NCBI GenBank assembly: GCA_977020255.1
Contig: CDROCS010000586.1
Coordinates: 124,001 to 188,000, forward strand
Length of the DNA: 64,000 bases
Direction of reading: 5' to 3'
Source: Obrimoposthia wandeli
Taxonomy: Eukaryota
Below, piece after piece: positions 39,791-53,879 of the stretch. The notes beneath the pieces were generated by a model. It worked only from the letters and a program-made list of their open reading frames with translations. It ran no database searches and was not told the origin of the DNA. Made by a program: the position numbers and the translations under genes. The first letter of the stretch is position 1; the number at the start of each line of letters is the position of its first letter.

Positions 39791-42700
39791 ATATGTACCG
39801 TCATAAATTCGCTTTTACTAATTTTTTTTCTTCTTTTTTGAAGCATATAATTTATATGTTGTGATCAAAAGTAATTATTTACATGTCATGTAGGAAATAT
39901 CAATTATCTCGAAAACTAGAGTTCTTGAAGATACGTTTTAAACCCATTTAAAATCTGTGTAAGATTTTGTTCATGAAAAGTACATTTATATTTAATTAGC
40001 AAAAAAGGTTTTAAATTTGTCGGGCTGTGTAATACATCGTTTAGATTGGGATTTATGTGAACGGCTTGAATAAGAGCTTGTCGAGAAGATGATGCGGATA
40101 TTTTGAACACATTCGTTAACTTTAATATGTTCATAATCGAAATACAATTGGGTTCCATAAATCCGAATTTTTATTTCCCCGTAGTATGCGTAAAATATCC
40201 ACCAATGATTAATGCATCACCCTGTAAAATATTTTGATATTGTTGGAAATGGGAATAAAAAACCAAATATCTTTAGATTAATCACAATGGATAAAAATTT
40301 CCCAAAATGACTTTAACCTTACATCGCCATCCCCAATCTCTTTGATAAGGACTGTTGGTGTGAACAAGGTTGAATTAGGTCAAGCTCATATGTCATAGCA
40401 TTTTAAGTTGACACAATGTTGAAATACTTACTTATTTACCGGCACTCAAGAACTACACATCACACAATGCTACATTGGAGATAACAACCACATTAACAGG
40501 TCAATGCAGATTGCGGCAAATACAACTCTTCACTTGAAATATCAGAGCATCAGAGGGGACGCAGGTCTCGATCTCAGACGCTTTTTCCAAAGTAGAAGTT
40601 CACTCGGCCATTTGCACTTCTCTGTGTTTGGAATACAACAGAGACATATTCCAGAAGTACATATCATGATATCTTGATTGATAATTGAAGAACTCTATTT
40701 CGAAATGTTTGTGTCAAGATTATTGAGAGTAGTTGAAATGAATGGATCATTTTGATTATAATATTTTGACATTTTATTTTATTTATTTTGTGTTAAAATG
40801 TGCCGTAGTGATATCTTTATGGGACAATTTTTGAAAATTTCTAATACTTTTTACTAAAATAGTTAAACAAAACCTTGATGAAATGTATTTCAAACCCATT
40901 AAATTTCAAATCATTACATTATAATTTGTTATGTCTCATACAAAAAATTAGGTTTTTAAAATGTTGCAACCTCAACTTTTTCGCGAACTTTTATGGGCCT
41001 CTGTCTTGGAAAAACTATATGCAGGTTTTTTCCATCGGCTCTAGCAAGTCGATTAAGTAGGGATCTCTTTTCTGCTGTAGTTGTCAATCGTGTTAATTCT
41101 AAAGTGATAATATTGGAAATACTGAAGCAATTCCATGCCCCTACGTTTATTAAATAGTAACTCTTTTAGACGTGGCGTCTAATAGAGAATATACAATAAT
41201 ACAAGTGCTTTTTATTATTCTAAATTCTTCTTGGATTATTTTTCTTAAAAGAATGCGTGAAACATGACATCTTTCTCAACAATCGGAATAATGAATTTTA
41301 AATCTTTCTTTTTATTTACATTTATTTAACCTATCAATTTACGATGTATTATGTAATGATTTTTTGTTTAATATTCTTTTTCATAGCTTTTTCGGTAACA
41401 TGTCAGTCAGCAAAACGTCGTCCAGACGAGGATTCGGACAGTATATATATACATATTTTGATGTTTTAAAAATCTTTTAATCATGGCTATCTCAATTTAT
41501 GTAATGTAAGTTGCTAAAATCACTCCAATATACTATTGGGTTTAACATCCTAAATAGAGAGTACAATGAAAGGTTGAAACATTGACTTCTTTGAATTTAT
41601 CTTAGAATGATTTTTTGATTTACAGTGTATATATAAAATGTATCTTACCGTACTTAACATTTACATACCCATGATATAAAATATTTAACTAAAAATAACA
41701 AAATTTTAAAAAGTTATAATTTAATTAAAAAAGTTACACTTCATTTAACTTTGGCTTCCCTAATAAATTATGTCAAATAAATGGAATGCGTAAAATAAGC
41801 CTTAGAGAACTGTGTCAGTTGTCAAATATTAAAGAACGTACCAAAAAGACTTCATTGCATTTTAGACCCCCAAGTCTCATAATTTCCTAGAATATAAAAA
41901 GAAAGTGTAAAAATGTATACTTTGTTTCAAAAGAATTTAATAAGTAAAGTAGATATTGAAAATATTTTATTGAATATTTTTCCACAAACCCTTACAATAA
42001 ATAAAATTTTAAAAATGTTATTTTTATTTAGAAAATATTTCGTTACAGATTAGAAGAAGTTTGCCGTTTATCATGAATGATTAGAACTCAAAAAATCTGT
42101 TTACAGTTTGAAAAAGAAAATAATGTTATTATTTTATAACACAATTAAATAATTTTCTTTTTAAAATAAAACTACCCATAAATATTTGTAGACTTTTACG
42201 GTATCTCAGAGATATATTGATGACCAGAGAGCGGAATGAAAATTTCTACATGCTACTTAACAAAATTCTGCTTTTTAAACAGCTATTTAATCAATAAGCT
42301 AAATGAGAAAATTTTAAATCCAAAACACACAAAGATACTTAACACATATGACGTAATACTTATAAATAGAATGGCCAAACGTATGGAAACATGCACAATT
42401 ATTTAAGAAAACAAAACAACATTTAAACTATATTTGAAGATTTTCTTTATACATTTATTAATTGATCAGTAAAAAAGATGTTTCGTCAGAGAATCTTCTG
42501 TGAATCAGCATTGACGAAAAGTCAGTATTTCTCGATACCTGCTGAAATTTCGTTCTACAGTCGTAAATTATATCAAATATTTTAAGTTGTAAAGTCAGTA
42601 AGCAGTAAATGGAATTTATCAAAATAATAACTGTAGCTTGAGAAACACTTTCACATGTACACACCTTTTCCAAGAGTACAGATGTCACGAGGTAAGGTGA

Positions 42701-44751
42701 TTTACAGCTGATAATTTACCAACCATTGTAATTTGAGTATCGAGTTTAACATTTATAAATGTTATCCATATCTTTTAGGGTCAGTTGCTTCGTTGGGAGG
42801 TTGGAATTATGTCACCTCTTTTGTAAAATGTCTAACTTCGGCTCTATCTAATTAATGCAAAGGAATAATTGCAGCTAATATGTTTATGTAGTACGTTTTT
42901 GAAAATATTCTGATTTATCTACATGCAAAGATGTTGCTATTTATGATTTTATGCTAAATTATATGTTTATTTTTCATATCAGGTGGCAATTTATGGCCTT
43001 TGAGAGTAGATTTTTTGCAAATTTATAATGATAACAAGGCAGACAACATAATGAATTTTTCTTGATCATAATCCTTTCAATTTGGGTGTGTAATTTTTTA
43101 AGATTCACCTATGTTCAAAAAATATAGGCACTAAATTAAACTGACTCTTAAATTAATTTAAAAATCTTAGATTATTTAAACAATTTTATTAATAATTAGT
43201 TTTAGATTTTATTTTATTCTGTTAAGTCGGCTTTTAGACGAAAAATTCTGCATTTACAGAAAATATTTGACCTGTTTATTACATTAAAAAGTTTTGGATG
43301 TTTAATTTTTTAATTCCACAGAACATCTTTGAACATAATTATAGCAATATTTTTCATTTAGGTATGTGTAAAAAGCCAACAATATTTCACTTTTCGCTTT
43401 TTGTGACACTTTTTAATAAAACTTTCTTAAAATCAGGAATAAAAGTTCTGAGCGACAGATTTAAAGAATTTAACATTAAATAGGTGGAATGTTAAAATTT
43501 TAAAATTTAACCAAATAATGTACATGGTTGATTGGCATTTTTAAAGAAGATAAACAACAAAATTGATTCTTGACTTTTAGTAATTCGGAAAATTTCGAAG
43601 TTTATGTACAACATTATTATTTGATTTCATGCGTTTTTGCAGTTACAGAATTTTACAAATTTAAAAAGTTTAACTTTTCGCATTGTCATTTATCAAAAAA
43701 AAATCTAATAATTAGTAATTCTTATAAAATTTTTCATTGGAATATATATCGTAGTTTGAAATCTATTATGTGTATTCGATATTCATATCAGTTAGAGTTT
43801 GGTTTTGTTTGTTTCGGACCGCATATTTAACTGAACAGTAACTAAAGAAACATTACGATACGAAACAAATCTGAACATATTATTCTATGGAAAGGGTAAT
43901 GCAATATCGTGCACCTCCTCATTGGGGTTTGGATATTCACCAGTTGCTTAATGATACATCTGACTCCCTTTAGCCGCCAATATAATCAAACATGATTCTT
44001 TGTGAATTTTAGTTATTAGCTACTTAAAGCGAGGATATATTACATTTTAAAAATAGATAAAAATAGTTGTAACAAATACAAGAAAACATTTTTTTCAATG
44101 ATTCATTAATATAGAGTTGATTTTAATAAATAATGTATTATCATTTTTTTATTGTTTAGGGTGTTCCCCTAAAATTTTAAAAGAAATAATAGTGAAATGA
44201 ATCATAGATTCTAATTTTTTGGTGTTGGAATTTGTTAAATGCATACTATTTATTTAAAATATTGTATAACATTTTGAAACACTCTATATTTATATTTATA
44301 GGACCATACAACTTTTGTCTTTTGAGTGAGAAATATCTATTGGAATAAGGAAAGAGTCTTGAGATAACTCAATTTATCAATCGCATTAATTTTCAGAATC
44401 AAATCTACAAAGTTTATGAAACAAACTAAATGGAATTTAAGAATACATAGCTCCGGAACATGTTCAAGAAGGTGGACTACAAATGTAAGTGGAAGACGTA
44501 GTTAGTCTCCAGTGTGGACATTGGTGGATACCAACATTTGGATGGGGAGGCGATTGTGGTGGCATTAAGTAAGATGATGAACATCGAAACAATAACAGAG
44601 AATGAAGAAGAGTGGGCATCTAATGCTGAAAAGTTTTAAGGAATAACTAACGTCGAAGCTTTGAAATGCTTCAGTACATGTATTCGTTGGCTTAAACAGC
44701 CAAATAAACCCCCTATTGGACAGTTGTAGAGGTGCAACTAAAATTCAACAG

Positions 44752-44950
44752 CTACTCCGTGTGAAGCTCTAGCCTTTGAGTGAATGGTTGAGCGGCTAGG
44801 ATGGTCGGTTGCACGTCAGTCTTTCTTCCGCAGCTTTGATTTTGCACAAAGTGCGACAAAGACTCCCAGAAATTGAGTTCATACAAATTGTTTGTTATCT
44901 GGATGGCCATGAAGATGAAGCTGTCGAACAAGTTGTGGGTAATTTGGTAG
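44752..44950 (-). CDS. Candidate exon of an unidentified - strand gene (YQITHNLFDSFIFMAIQITNNLYELNFWESL...)
   Basis: aatttcag| acceptor; GC-rich island open in one frame only. Confidence 0.35.
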
Positions 44951-46519
44951 CTGAAATTTTTACAACAGTAGCCTAACCTCAATATTTTGTACAATTTAAA
45001 AAAAACTTTAATATTTTTTATCGTGGAATTGACATATTTAGAGTCAGTTTTGAGAATGCAAATAGCGTAAATATGAACGAGTTAAAATTTAATTTTGTAC
45101 CATATTTTCAATCATTTACTTATCCAATTAATTTCAAAAATGTTCCTAATTGATCAGCAAAATCGACCGATAGTTTAAAAATATTAATTATTCTTATGCA
45201 ATTCTTTAATTTGTGAATAAATTTTAGACGATGATCTTATCTGGCAATCTGAACTATACTAGAATGCAAGGCTGAGTACATTTCTATGGTAATTTAAATG
45301 TCAATTCATTAAACTTCAGATATATTTATATGCACTAAAAAGTTGTACGCTGATGAACTAAAAATAACTTTAAGGTATATATGAGTTCCAATTGAATAAG
45401 GTAAATTTTTAAAAATCGCACTAAATGGATATTTGCTCTTGAACAAATATAAATGTAAGAAGCTTTGTCGAGTATCAAAGTATCTCTTGAGAAATAAAAA
45501 GCTGTGACGGACTACCCCAAGATTTGAAAGAAAATATGAACAAGCTTTTGCAGTGACTTTCATAATGTGGTGAGGTGAAGATGTGTCAGCTCAAGTGGAT
45601 TCATAAACCTTATTTGGTCCGCCAACCTGATGAACCTTTAGGTCATTTGATTAAACCAGAAAAAAGACGGTCAATGACAGATGTCCACTGGTTAGTAAGG
45701 CTAATTGACTACCGACTGAGCTAGCATAAGTTATATCTATTTTGACTAACTCCTTTTCCAATTAAATATTTTTTATTGTATGTACTTTTAAAGATTATTC
45801 AGGTTTTATCCGGGAAAATAAGTTTTTGTACTTCACCGGGATTAGCCGTCCCAGTCATAGTCCTCGTTCTTGTCAAAATACATTTGCTGCACTCGATTAT
45901 AGAGTACGATTAAAAGGTGAGGTATTGAAGCATATCAAAATTAGTGATTTTTCCCGATTTTTTCTCTCTCTGTTTTAAATGTAAAATTAAGCAAAGTGAA
46001 ATCGGTGACTTTATCAAAAAGTAAAACACGTTAAAAATATATTTTGGGTAAGTTGACCCTTTGTAACACACAAAAGGAATAATAGGAACATTACAACGAG
46101 AGTAAATTTTTGTGGATTTAGTGTGGATTAATTGAAAAGTTAATTTGGTTTAATTTAAATAAAAGTAACGAATAAAACATTTTTCACAAACTTTTATTAT
46201 GCATAATTTTATCTTGATTTTTAATGCTGTTGTTTACTTGATGAACTTGTTCGGCCCATTGCCTTTGGGGAATTTTATTTCCTTAATATATTTCACAATT
46301 TTTATTTATCTGAAATTGTCGGAATATTCTTTTTTTCATCTCATGGTTTTATTTATTACACTTTATGATATTTAAACATATTTATTGATAATTCAAGAAA
46401 TATTAAAAATTGTTAGGTTAATTTTAAACAAATATGATTCAAAAAATTTCATATAATATTGGTATTTACATTATAGAGGTACTGCTGTATTACACTAACC
46501 AAGATGGAAGTAATATATA

Positions 46520-47817
46520 CAGGGTGCGGAGAAAGTTCCCGATCGAATTTTGAAAATTGAATTAAAGATATTATTATTTAACTAAATTTATCCATTTTTG
46601 GCTTATTTTGTTTGTAGATACATATATTTATATGTTTCAGATCCAAATTTCCAAAAATTTAATTTGCATTTGTTTAAAATGAGTAAACGTGAGGCCATTA
46701 TCCAACTTCATTGCATGGGAAAGACGAACCCATAGATTGTTAAGATCTTAAAAGCTCCAAAATCAACAGTTCGGGATGCAGTAAACCGATACAAAGAACT
46801 TGGGACATCAGACGATCGTCCCAGAAGTGGACGCCCCGAACTGCTCGCACCTCAGCCAAAATAAAGGCCGTTAGGGAGCGAATAAGGAGGAACCCCAAAC
46901 GAAGAATGAAGAAAATGGCCAAGGACTTCAAAGTTGACGAAAAAACTGTCAGAACAATTGTCAAAGATGATCTCAAGTTATCCCCTTTCAAGATGACTAA
47001 CAGACAACAACTGACGGAATTGCAAAAACAGAAGAGGGTCGAAAGAGTCAAGATTCTCCTGAACCGAAAGAAGGATGGCACGGATGCTGGGGTAATTGTC
47101 TTTTCTGATGAAAAAATGTTCACTGTTGAGGCTCAGTTCAACTCGCAGAACGACAGAATTTTAGCTAAGAGTGCTGATAGCATTCCCAGTTCGGTAAAAT
47201 CCGTTTACCGTCGCCAAAAACCTAGCTCGGTAATGGTATGGGCAGCCATCTCTGAGAATTGGAGATCCTCTCTCATTTTTGTTAAAGATGGTGCTAAAGT
47301 TAACGCAAACTCGTACATCCAGGATATTTTGACTCCAGCCCATGTTGAAATGAAGAAACATTTCAAAAATGACCCTTTCACATTCCAACAGGACGGTGCG
47401 CCATCTCACACTGCGAACAAAACTCAGGACTGGTGTGAGAATCACCTTCCAGCTTTCTGGAGGAAGGAATTGTGGCCTCCTTCATCACCTGACTTGAACC
47501 CTCTGGACTTTTGTGTCTGGTCCATCTTGGAGAGAGAGGCCTGTGCTACAGCCCATGATAATACAGAAGCTTTGAAGAAGTCTCTTAAGCGGGAATGGGC
47601 CAAAATTCCCCAGGAATCCTTTCGTGCCGCAGTGAAGAGCTTCAGGGGGAGACTTGAGCGTGTAATTGAAGCCAAAGGCGGCCACATTGAAAAATAGATA
47701 GTATAAATGTTAAATAGAGCTCTAACAAATTGTGTGTGTTATTTTTTGTTTAATTTCAACCTTTATTAGTTGTTAAATTTAACGTTTTATGAGATCGGGG
47801 ACTTTCTCCGCACCCTG
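46520..47817 (+). mobile_element. Full-length Tc1/mariner maT (DD37D) transposon
   Basis: 25-bp TIRs CAGGGTGCGGAGAAAGT(T/C)CCCGATC with one mismatch; TA TSDs at 46518-19 and 47818-19. Confidence 0.93.
46679..47697 (+). pseudogene. maT transposase, disrupted at the 5' end
   Basis: ATG at 46679, TAG at 46733 and a frameshift near 46838. Intact FSDEK, QQDGAPSH and SSPDLNPLD, with 37 residues between the 2nd and 3rd Asp. Confidence 0.88.
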
Positions 47818-50214
47818 TATATATATAAGCTGATTTATGTGTTTTGAGAAGTCAAAATTTCAATAAATAGCATCTTATTTTTTGTAGTATAATCCTGCTA
47901 ATAAATTTTGATAATTTTATTAAACATGTTAAGTTAAAAATATATTAAGTTGGTCTATGAGAAGGTCTAAACAAATTCACTATATAGTTTATATGTGTTT
48001 TGATGAGAAAGGTTGACTTGTACGAAATAAATGAGCCACTAACCTGATTCAACTATAATGAAAACAGCTCCAACGTGTAATTAAAAGTAGTTTTTGAGCA
48101 TAATTTTAAAGGATTCGCGCACAAAAGTGACATGTTAGGCTGACATTTTCTTCAATTATCTACAATTATTTATTGATACAAAGACAGTCAAAAAGCTTGT
48201 CAAATATAAATTTTAGTTATCTCATATTTTGTTGCAAATTCCTCACATTTTAAATTATTATGTTAAATCTATTGAAATGTAATGATTAATTAAAATAGAA
48301 CAGTCATTTATAAAAACGGAATAATTTTTACTGATTCTGTATCTAGTCGGTTTTACACAGATTCGCGGATATTACTAGTTTAATCTGGATTCTGAATTAC
48401 ATGCTTTGAAGAGAACGATGTTTAATAGCTTTTTATTCGAATTATTTCGATTTTAACTATTTTCTGTACATTTTACATACATTTTATCCCTGTGTTAGAG
48501 GCCAATCAATGGAATCAAAAAAGAATTCCGAGGAAAAACCATTCCACAGAATGCTATATTTCAGCTAAGGAAAGAAATCTAAACAAACTTTCAACTTGAT
48601 CAGTACATCTTATAAAGCTCACCATCCCAATTAATCTAATAATAAAAACTTGAGCAACATTTTAGTTTTTCAAAGTGATATCGGATATTCTGGAAAAAGG
48701 TTTTTGTTACAGAATTGTCCAAATTTCTGGTCGTGTTAACTCGTGTAGAAATATCTCTCTACGTACTACGCCTATTTTGTATAACTTTAAAATACATGTC
48801 AAGGAAGGCCGTAACAACTTATTTGCAAAGTTTCATTTAAACCTCACAGTTATGTTTTGAGAAAAATCTTCTTTTAAATCCTGTCTGTATATCGGCGTTC
48901 ATATGAAATTTCATTATGTATTAGAGATTTACAGTTTTTTATGAAAACTTTTTTCGCAATAAATGACATTTTTAATATTACAAAATATTTTTAAAAAAAA
49001 CATAGATTTTAGTACACATTTAAAAGTTAAAAGACATTTAACAATTTTGTAATAGAAATGTGAAGTTTCAATTTAGGATAAGTAATATAAAGTCAAAAAA
49101 CTTACTTTAAAAATTCTAATTCCTAATTCTTGATAGTCCTTGTCTAAGGCAAAATTTCGAAATAAACCAAATCTAAATAAGTTTTTTAACTAACCGAATT
49201 CGATAATTAAAAAGTGTTACGTAATTCATTTCAATTATTGTCTGTGTTGTATCTTATCTGAATTGTAAAAATAAAATGAGTCAAGATCAATATTATCAAA
49301 TTTCAGTTATTAATAATTTTAACTTTGACATTAAACCATGACTTCAACATAAAATAAATGCAAACTTTCGGTTTTTGTATTTAGTTTCAGGCACTTTATG
49401 TTAATTTAGCTGTTTGGTAAAAAAAGTAATCTGAGAAAATGAAGAAAATTAGCAATTGAATAAATTTTCAATTGTACAGTCAGTTTCACTTAAAAATGTA
49501 AAGTATTCCTTAAAATAATTACTTTAAATTTATTTATTATCTCATATTTTGTTTGTAATTTCTACATTAATAGACTGACAAAGGAACATTCCGAAATGCT
49601 CATCTCTGAATCATGTTAATATTATTTTAAATACATTATGAGCCATTAAAATAGTAAAAGGAAGGTTTCAAAAAATCTGCTAAGATTTTTAATACATTAT
49701 TCTTATTTAAAATATTATTTCTTCTTTCTTCAAGTAAATTATAAAATCTAATAAACGTTTTTTAACGACATTTTAAATATTATACCTCGTCATAAATTGA
49801 AAAATAAACAAAAAAGATATCAAAACTGCAAAAATAATTTTTTATTCACATCTTCTGTCAAAGCAGCAGATTGCTTCATAATGTCTATTTTAGATCACAC
49901 GTTGAATTAAATTGATGGCCATATTTGTGAACATGGTTTTGACACATGGTGGTACATTATTTGAGCAAATAACTCGTTTTCATTCACTGATTTTAATGCC
50001 TCCATCTGCAACAAATTCAGATTATTTTCACTATTTAGCCGGTTGCTTTCGATGAATTGCGGCTCTGATTTTTTACTGCCACATGTCGCACCCATATCAT
50101 TAATGAACCTCCAGCAGATTGACGTCGACTTCTAGTTAGTGGCTCTTTCCTAAGATCGTTACATCACACCTTCAAGCTATTTTGTGAACACAACTCCTTG
50201 AACACACCACAAAA

Positions 50215-50372
50215 ACAATAAGACACAAAACCTTCAGATTGAGACTAGAATTAAGTATGACACAAACAGGTAGGCCACATCCATCTGTAAGCCCTATCGC
50301 TACAGAATTCACGTTGGGGGCCTCGATACGAGGATCTACTTAATTAAAGAGTTTCAAATAGAAACCCCAACA
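50215..50372 (+). mobile_element. U5 end of the 5' LTR of a decayed Ty3/gypsy-type element (element H); LTR start not resolved
   Basis: Ends ...TAGAAACCCCAACA and is followed by a PBS. Homologous to the ends of the two inserted LTRs (ACCTTCAGAT, TAGGCCAC, CACGTTGGGG, GAGGATCT blocks). Confidence 0.75.
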
Positions 50373-50380
50373 TATTAAAT

Positions 50381-50398
50381 TGGTGCCCCGAGTGAGGA
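50381..50398 (+). promoter_or_regulatory. Primer binding site, 18 nt, probably tRNA-Thr
   Basis: TGGTGCCCCGAGTGAGGA is the complement of TC-CTCAC-TCGGGGC-A-CCA, i.e. tRNA positions 59-76 with the invariant C61. A GTGAG/CTCAC T-stem is typical of tRNA-Thr as I recall. It sits 8 nt after the LTR end. Confidence 0.8.
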
Positions 50399-50529
50399 AA
50401 GCTCGTCGGACACAGCGAATTCACATAGAATAAAACAGCGAATTGAGAATAAGTTATAGAAGAAGAATAAGAAAAGATAAGTTAATTGAGATTAATAATT
50501 TTAATAAGTAAGTAAATCGAATAAATTTG

Positions 50530-50805
50530 TAAATCGAGTTGATAAGTTTCTCGAAGTAATTAATTTAAATAAGTGTTTAAATCGAGTTGATCCTCGAAGT
50601 AAGTAATTTGAATAAGTTTGTAAATCGAGTTGATCCGTTCCTCGAAGTAAGTAATTTGAATAAGTTTATAAATCGAGTTGATAAGTTCCCCAAAGTAAGT
50701 AATTTGAATAAATTTCGTAAATCATGTTGTTAAGTTCCTCAAAGAGATAAATTGAATAAGTTTAATAAATCGAGTAGATAAGTTCTCCAAAGAGATAAAT
50801 TGAGA
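50530..50805. repeat. ~48-bp tandem repeat (~6 diverged copies) in the 5' leader of element H
   Basis: AAATCG anchors at 50531, 50579, 50622, 50670, 50719, 50767. Confidence 0.8.
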
Positions 50806-52157
50806 GAGAAATTCATAAAATAATAGTTGAGAAATAAGAGATAAAAGTAATAAATAAATAGAAGTCGTAAGAAGTAAGCAATTACATACTTGATAAGACG
50901 ACGGTTAGTCAAATAGAACTCACGTTTAAATTTGAATTAGTTTTGAATTTTAGTTTTGAATTGACTGACTTGTTTGGTGAAGTAAACCAAGAAGAAATTG
51001 AAGTTATTGAAGTTGCGAATCAAGGAGATATTGAAATTGCAAATTCAGAGAAAATTAAGGAAATTGATTTGAAGAATTTTGAAGAAATAGTTGAAAATAT
51101 GGCTAACGCAAATAATAATGCAGAAAATAATGTAGATAATATTAATACAGAACAGTTGGCACAAGTTTTGAATGCGACGTTTAAACCCAACTTTACCGGA
51201 TCTCTGCAGATCGCAAAGTTTAAAGGAGACGAGGAAAGTATTTTGTGACTTCCTGGCGGAATATTCGAGTTGCGCAGATGTGCAAGGATAGAACGAAAGA
51301 GAAAAATGTGTCCGCGTACATGCGCATTTGACAGGATTAGCACTTAAAGTGTATAAACACATAATAAAAGCAGAACGTGAAGATTAGGAAACATTGGAAA
51401 AATGCTTTTATAGGAAAATTGGTGTTGTAAGATTTAGCAAACGTGAATAAACGAATTTTGAGAGAACATAAATAGAAACATAACAAGAGAGTGAATGAAT
51501 ACATGAATGCATCTGTTGGGGTTTCTATACGAAACTTGGTATAGATCCTCTTGAATGCGGAGGGCCCCAACGTGAGTTCGATTAGAAGCAGGTCTTAAAG
51601 TTGGTCGTGGCCTACTTAGTTTTATGGTTGCCTAATCTCTTGTACTATCTGAAGGTATTTGATTTGATGTCTCTTATTCTGAAGGGTGCAAAAACAACTT
51701 GTTCTAATGTAGGAAATTGTTTATTTGTAATTCACGAACTAAAACACAACAATACGTTTATGTACGTATTTTCTAAAAAGTATAGTAAAAATTCCTAAGA
51801 CTTCTGTAAGTCTCTACAACAAGTGGGGATGAACCACGTATCGATTTTATGTTAAGGGTGATCGAGTTTTTAGAGTCGTTCCTCTAACTCGCGAATAAGC
51901 TCAAGTTAAGATTTTCAATTTAATGTGACTCTTATGTCAAACTCTAACTTTAATTCCCAATTTAACTTTAATGGCAAACTTTTATCTTTATACCAAAACT
52001 ATGGCAATTTAGACAAAACTTCTCTTCAAACTTTTATGTCAATTTAGACAAAAACTTCTCTTCAAACTTTTATGTCAATTTAGACAAAAACTTCTCTTCA
52101 AACTTTTATGTCAATTTAGACAAATTAGACAAATTGTAATGTCAACTTTATGACAAT

Positions 52158-52408
52158 TTTAAAGGAAAAAACTTCTTTTATTTACTTCAAATTCTGTCCA
52201 ACTTTATAATGACTTTAAGGGAAAAAACTTCTTTTATTTACTTCAAATTCTGTCCAACTTTATGATAACTTTAAGGGAAAAAACTTCTTTTATTTACTTC
52301 AAATTCTGTCCAACTTTATGATAACTTTAAGGGAAAAAACTTCTTTTATTTACTTCAAATTCTGTCCAACTTTATGATAACTTTAAGGGAAAAAACTTCT
52401 TTTATTTA
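52158..52408. repeat. 56-bp tandem array (~4.5 copies) inside the solo LTR; preceded by ~3 copies of the 35/36-bp unit (52009-52125)
   Basis: TTTAAGGGAAAAAACTTC anchors at 52158, 52214, 52270, 52326, 52382. Confidence 0.9.
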
Positions 52409-52705
52409 TCTTCGTCGCGTCTCACCTATTTGAACCGATGGATATATGTTGGATTGTCTGCGCGAGCACGAGTTGTCCGGAGAATCACGGTCTGAGCGAG
52501 TACGATTTGTCTGCTAGCGATCTCTCCTTAGCTGGTTAGGTTCCTCGCTGTAGCTCGGCGGGGATAAATTTGATCGTCTCGCTGTGGCTCGGTGGGGATT
52601 CCTGATTCGATCCGCTGTGTGGATTGTAGAGTTGGCTGGAGATACTGCTCACTGTATAATAGTTTGCTCTATCTGATTAGAGACTGCTCGTCTAGCTTGG
52701 GTTTT

Positions 52706-52915
52706 GAGAGCGATCTGATTAGAGAGTTGCCGATTTCTAGCTTGTGTTTTGAGAGCGATCTGATTAGAGAGTTGCCGATTTTAGCTTGTGTTTTGAGAGC
52801 GATCTGATTAGAGAGTTGCCGATTTCTAGCTTGTGTTTTGAGAGCGATCTGATTAGAGAGTTGCCGATTTCTAGCTTGTGTTTTGAGAGCGATCTGATTA
52901 GAGAGTTGCCGATTG
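52706..52915. repeat. 45-bp tandem array (~5 copies) inside the solo LTR
   Basis: Unit GAGAGCGATCTGATTAGAGAGTTGCCGATTTCTAGCTTGTGTTTT. Confidence 0.9.
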
Positions 52916-53879
52916 CTTTTTTCCCGTTCTGTTGCTGGATTATCAATTATTACTCAATTGTATGAGTTCTTACCGGAGTTTCTTCTTTGCTCGGATATGC
53001 GTCTGTCGCAACAATGATTTCCCTTTTCTTTTTTGTGTAGTCGGTGTGTTGGTGACTTATATAGTCAATTTCCAATCAGCAATGTCGGGCAGCTGAAATA
53101 TATTTCCTGAGCCCTGAGCGTAATTCCTGACAGCTGAAAAATTCAATTAATTCACGGCACGAAAATGTGCTTACCGTTTCCTTGATTGACGTTTTTCTTT
53201 CTGCTGACGTTAGCAGATTCTAAATTATTCCCGTTTTGCTTTTGCTTAGTTAGTTTGTTGCACTTTTGGGTTAATTAATTTAACTTATATATATCTTACA
53301 CTATACACGACCTTCGTGGTCCTCCTAATTTTTACCCTAAATTCCACTAATTTCAATTCTAAAACTAAAATTATTATTTTAATTTAATTTTCAACCTTGC
53401 TTTCAAGGATTTTTTATTTTAGTATTTAATCGAAAAAATATTTAAATTTCTTAATTCTCAAACCTAACACATCCAAGAAAAATATTGAGAACTCCTGCTG
53501 GCGAACCTGTAGCAGCAGCTGTACAATTAATAGAAGATAATCTGAATCAAGGCGAAATGGCAGAGGTACTGTTAGATATATTTAGAGGTGAACTGTAAAA
53601 AGATACTAAAGTATTATTGTCAGTATCAAATATAAATGGTTTTGACAACACCGTGCGAAAGGCGAGAGAAATTGAGTAGAATATAAAGAATAATGTAGCG
53701 TTAGCAATTTACGTAGTGATGACAAATGATGATGATAAGACAAAGGTTTTTGTAAATAAGACAGAACCAAGTAATTTTCAAAATCAGAATTATGGACAAA
53801 AAGAGTCTAGAGACATAAATAAGTTCGAGAAAAGAAATGAATTTAGTAATGAAAATAAAGGTAGAAATAGCGACGATTT

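Larger units (their letters stand above)
51514..53469 (-). mobile_element. Solo LTR, 1956 bp, inserted antisense into gag
   Basis: TGTTAGG...CCCCAACA termini on the - strand; 4-bp TSD CATC at 51510-13 and 53470-73; AATAAA (-) at 51720-25. Confidence 0.92.
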
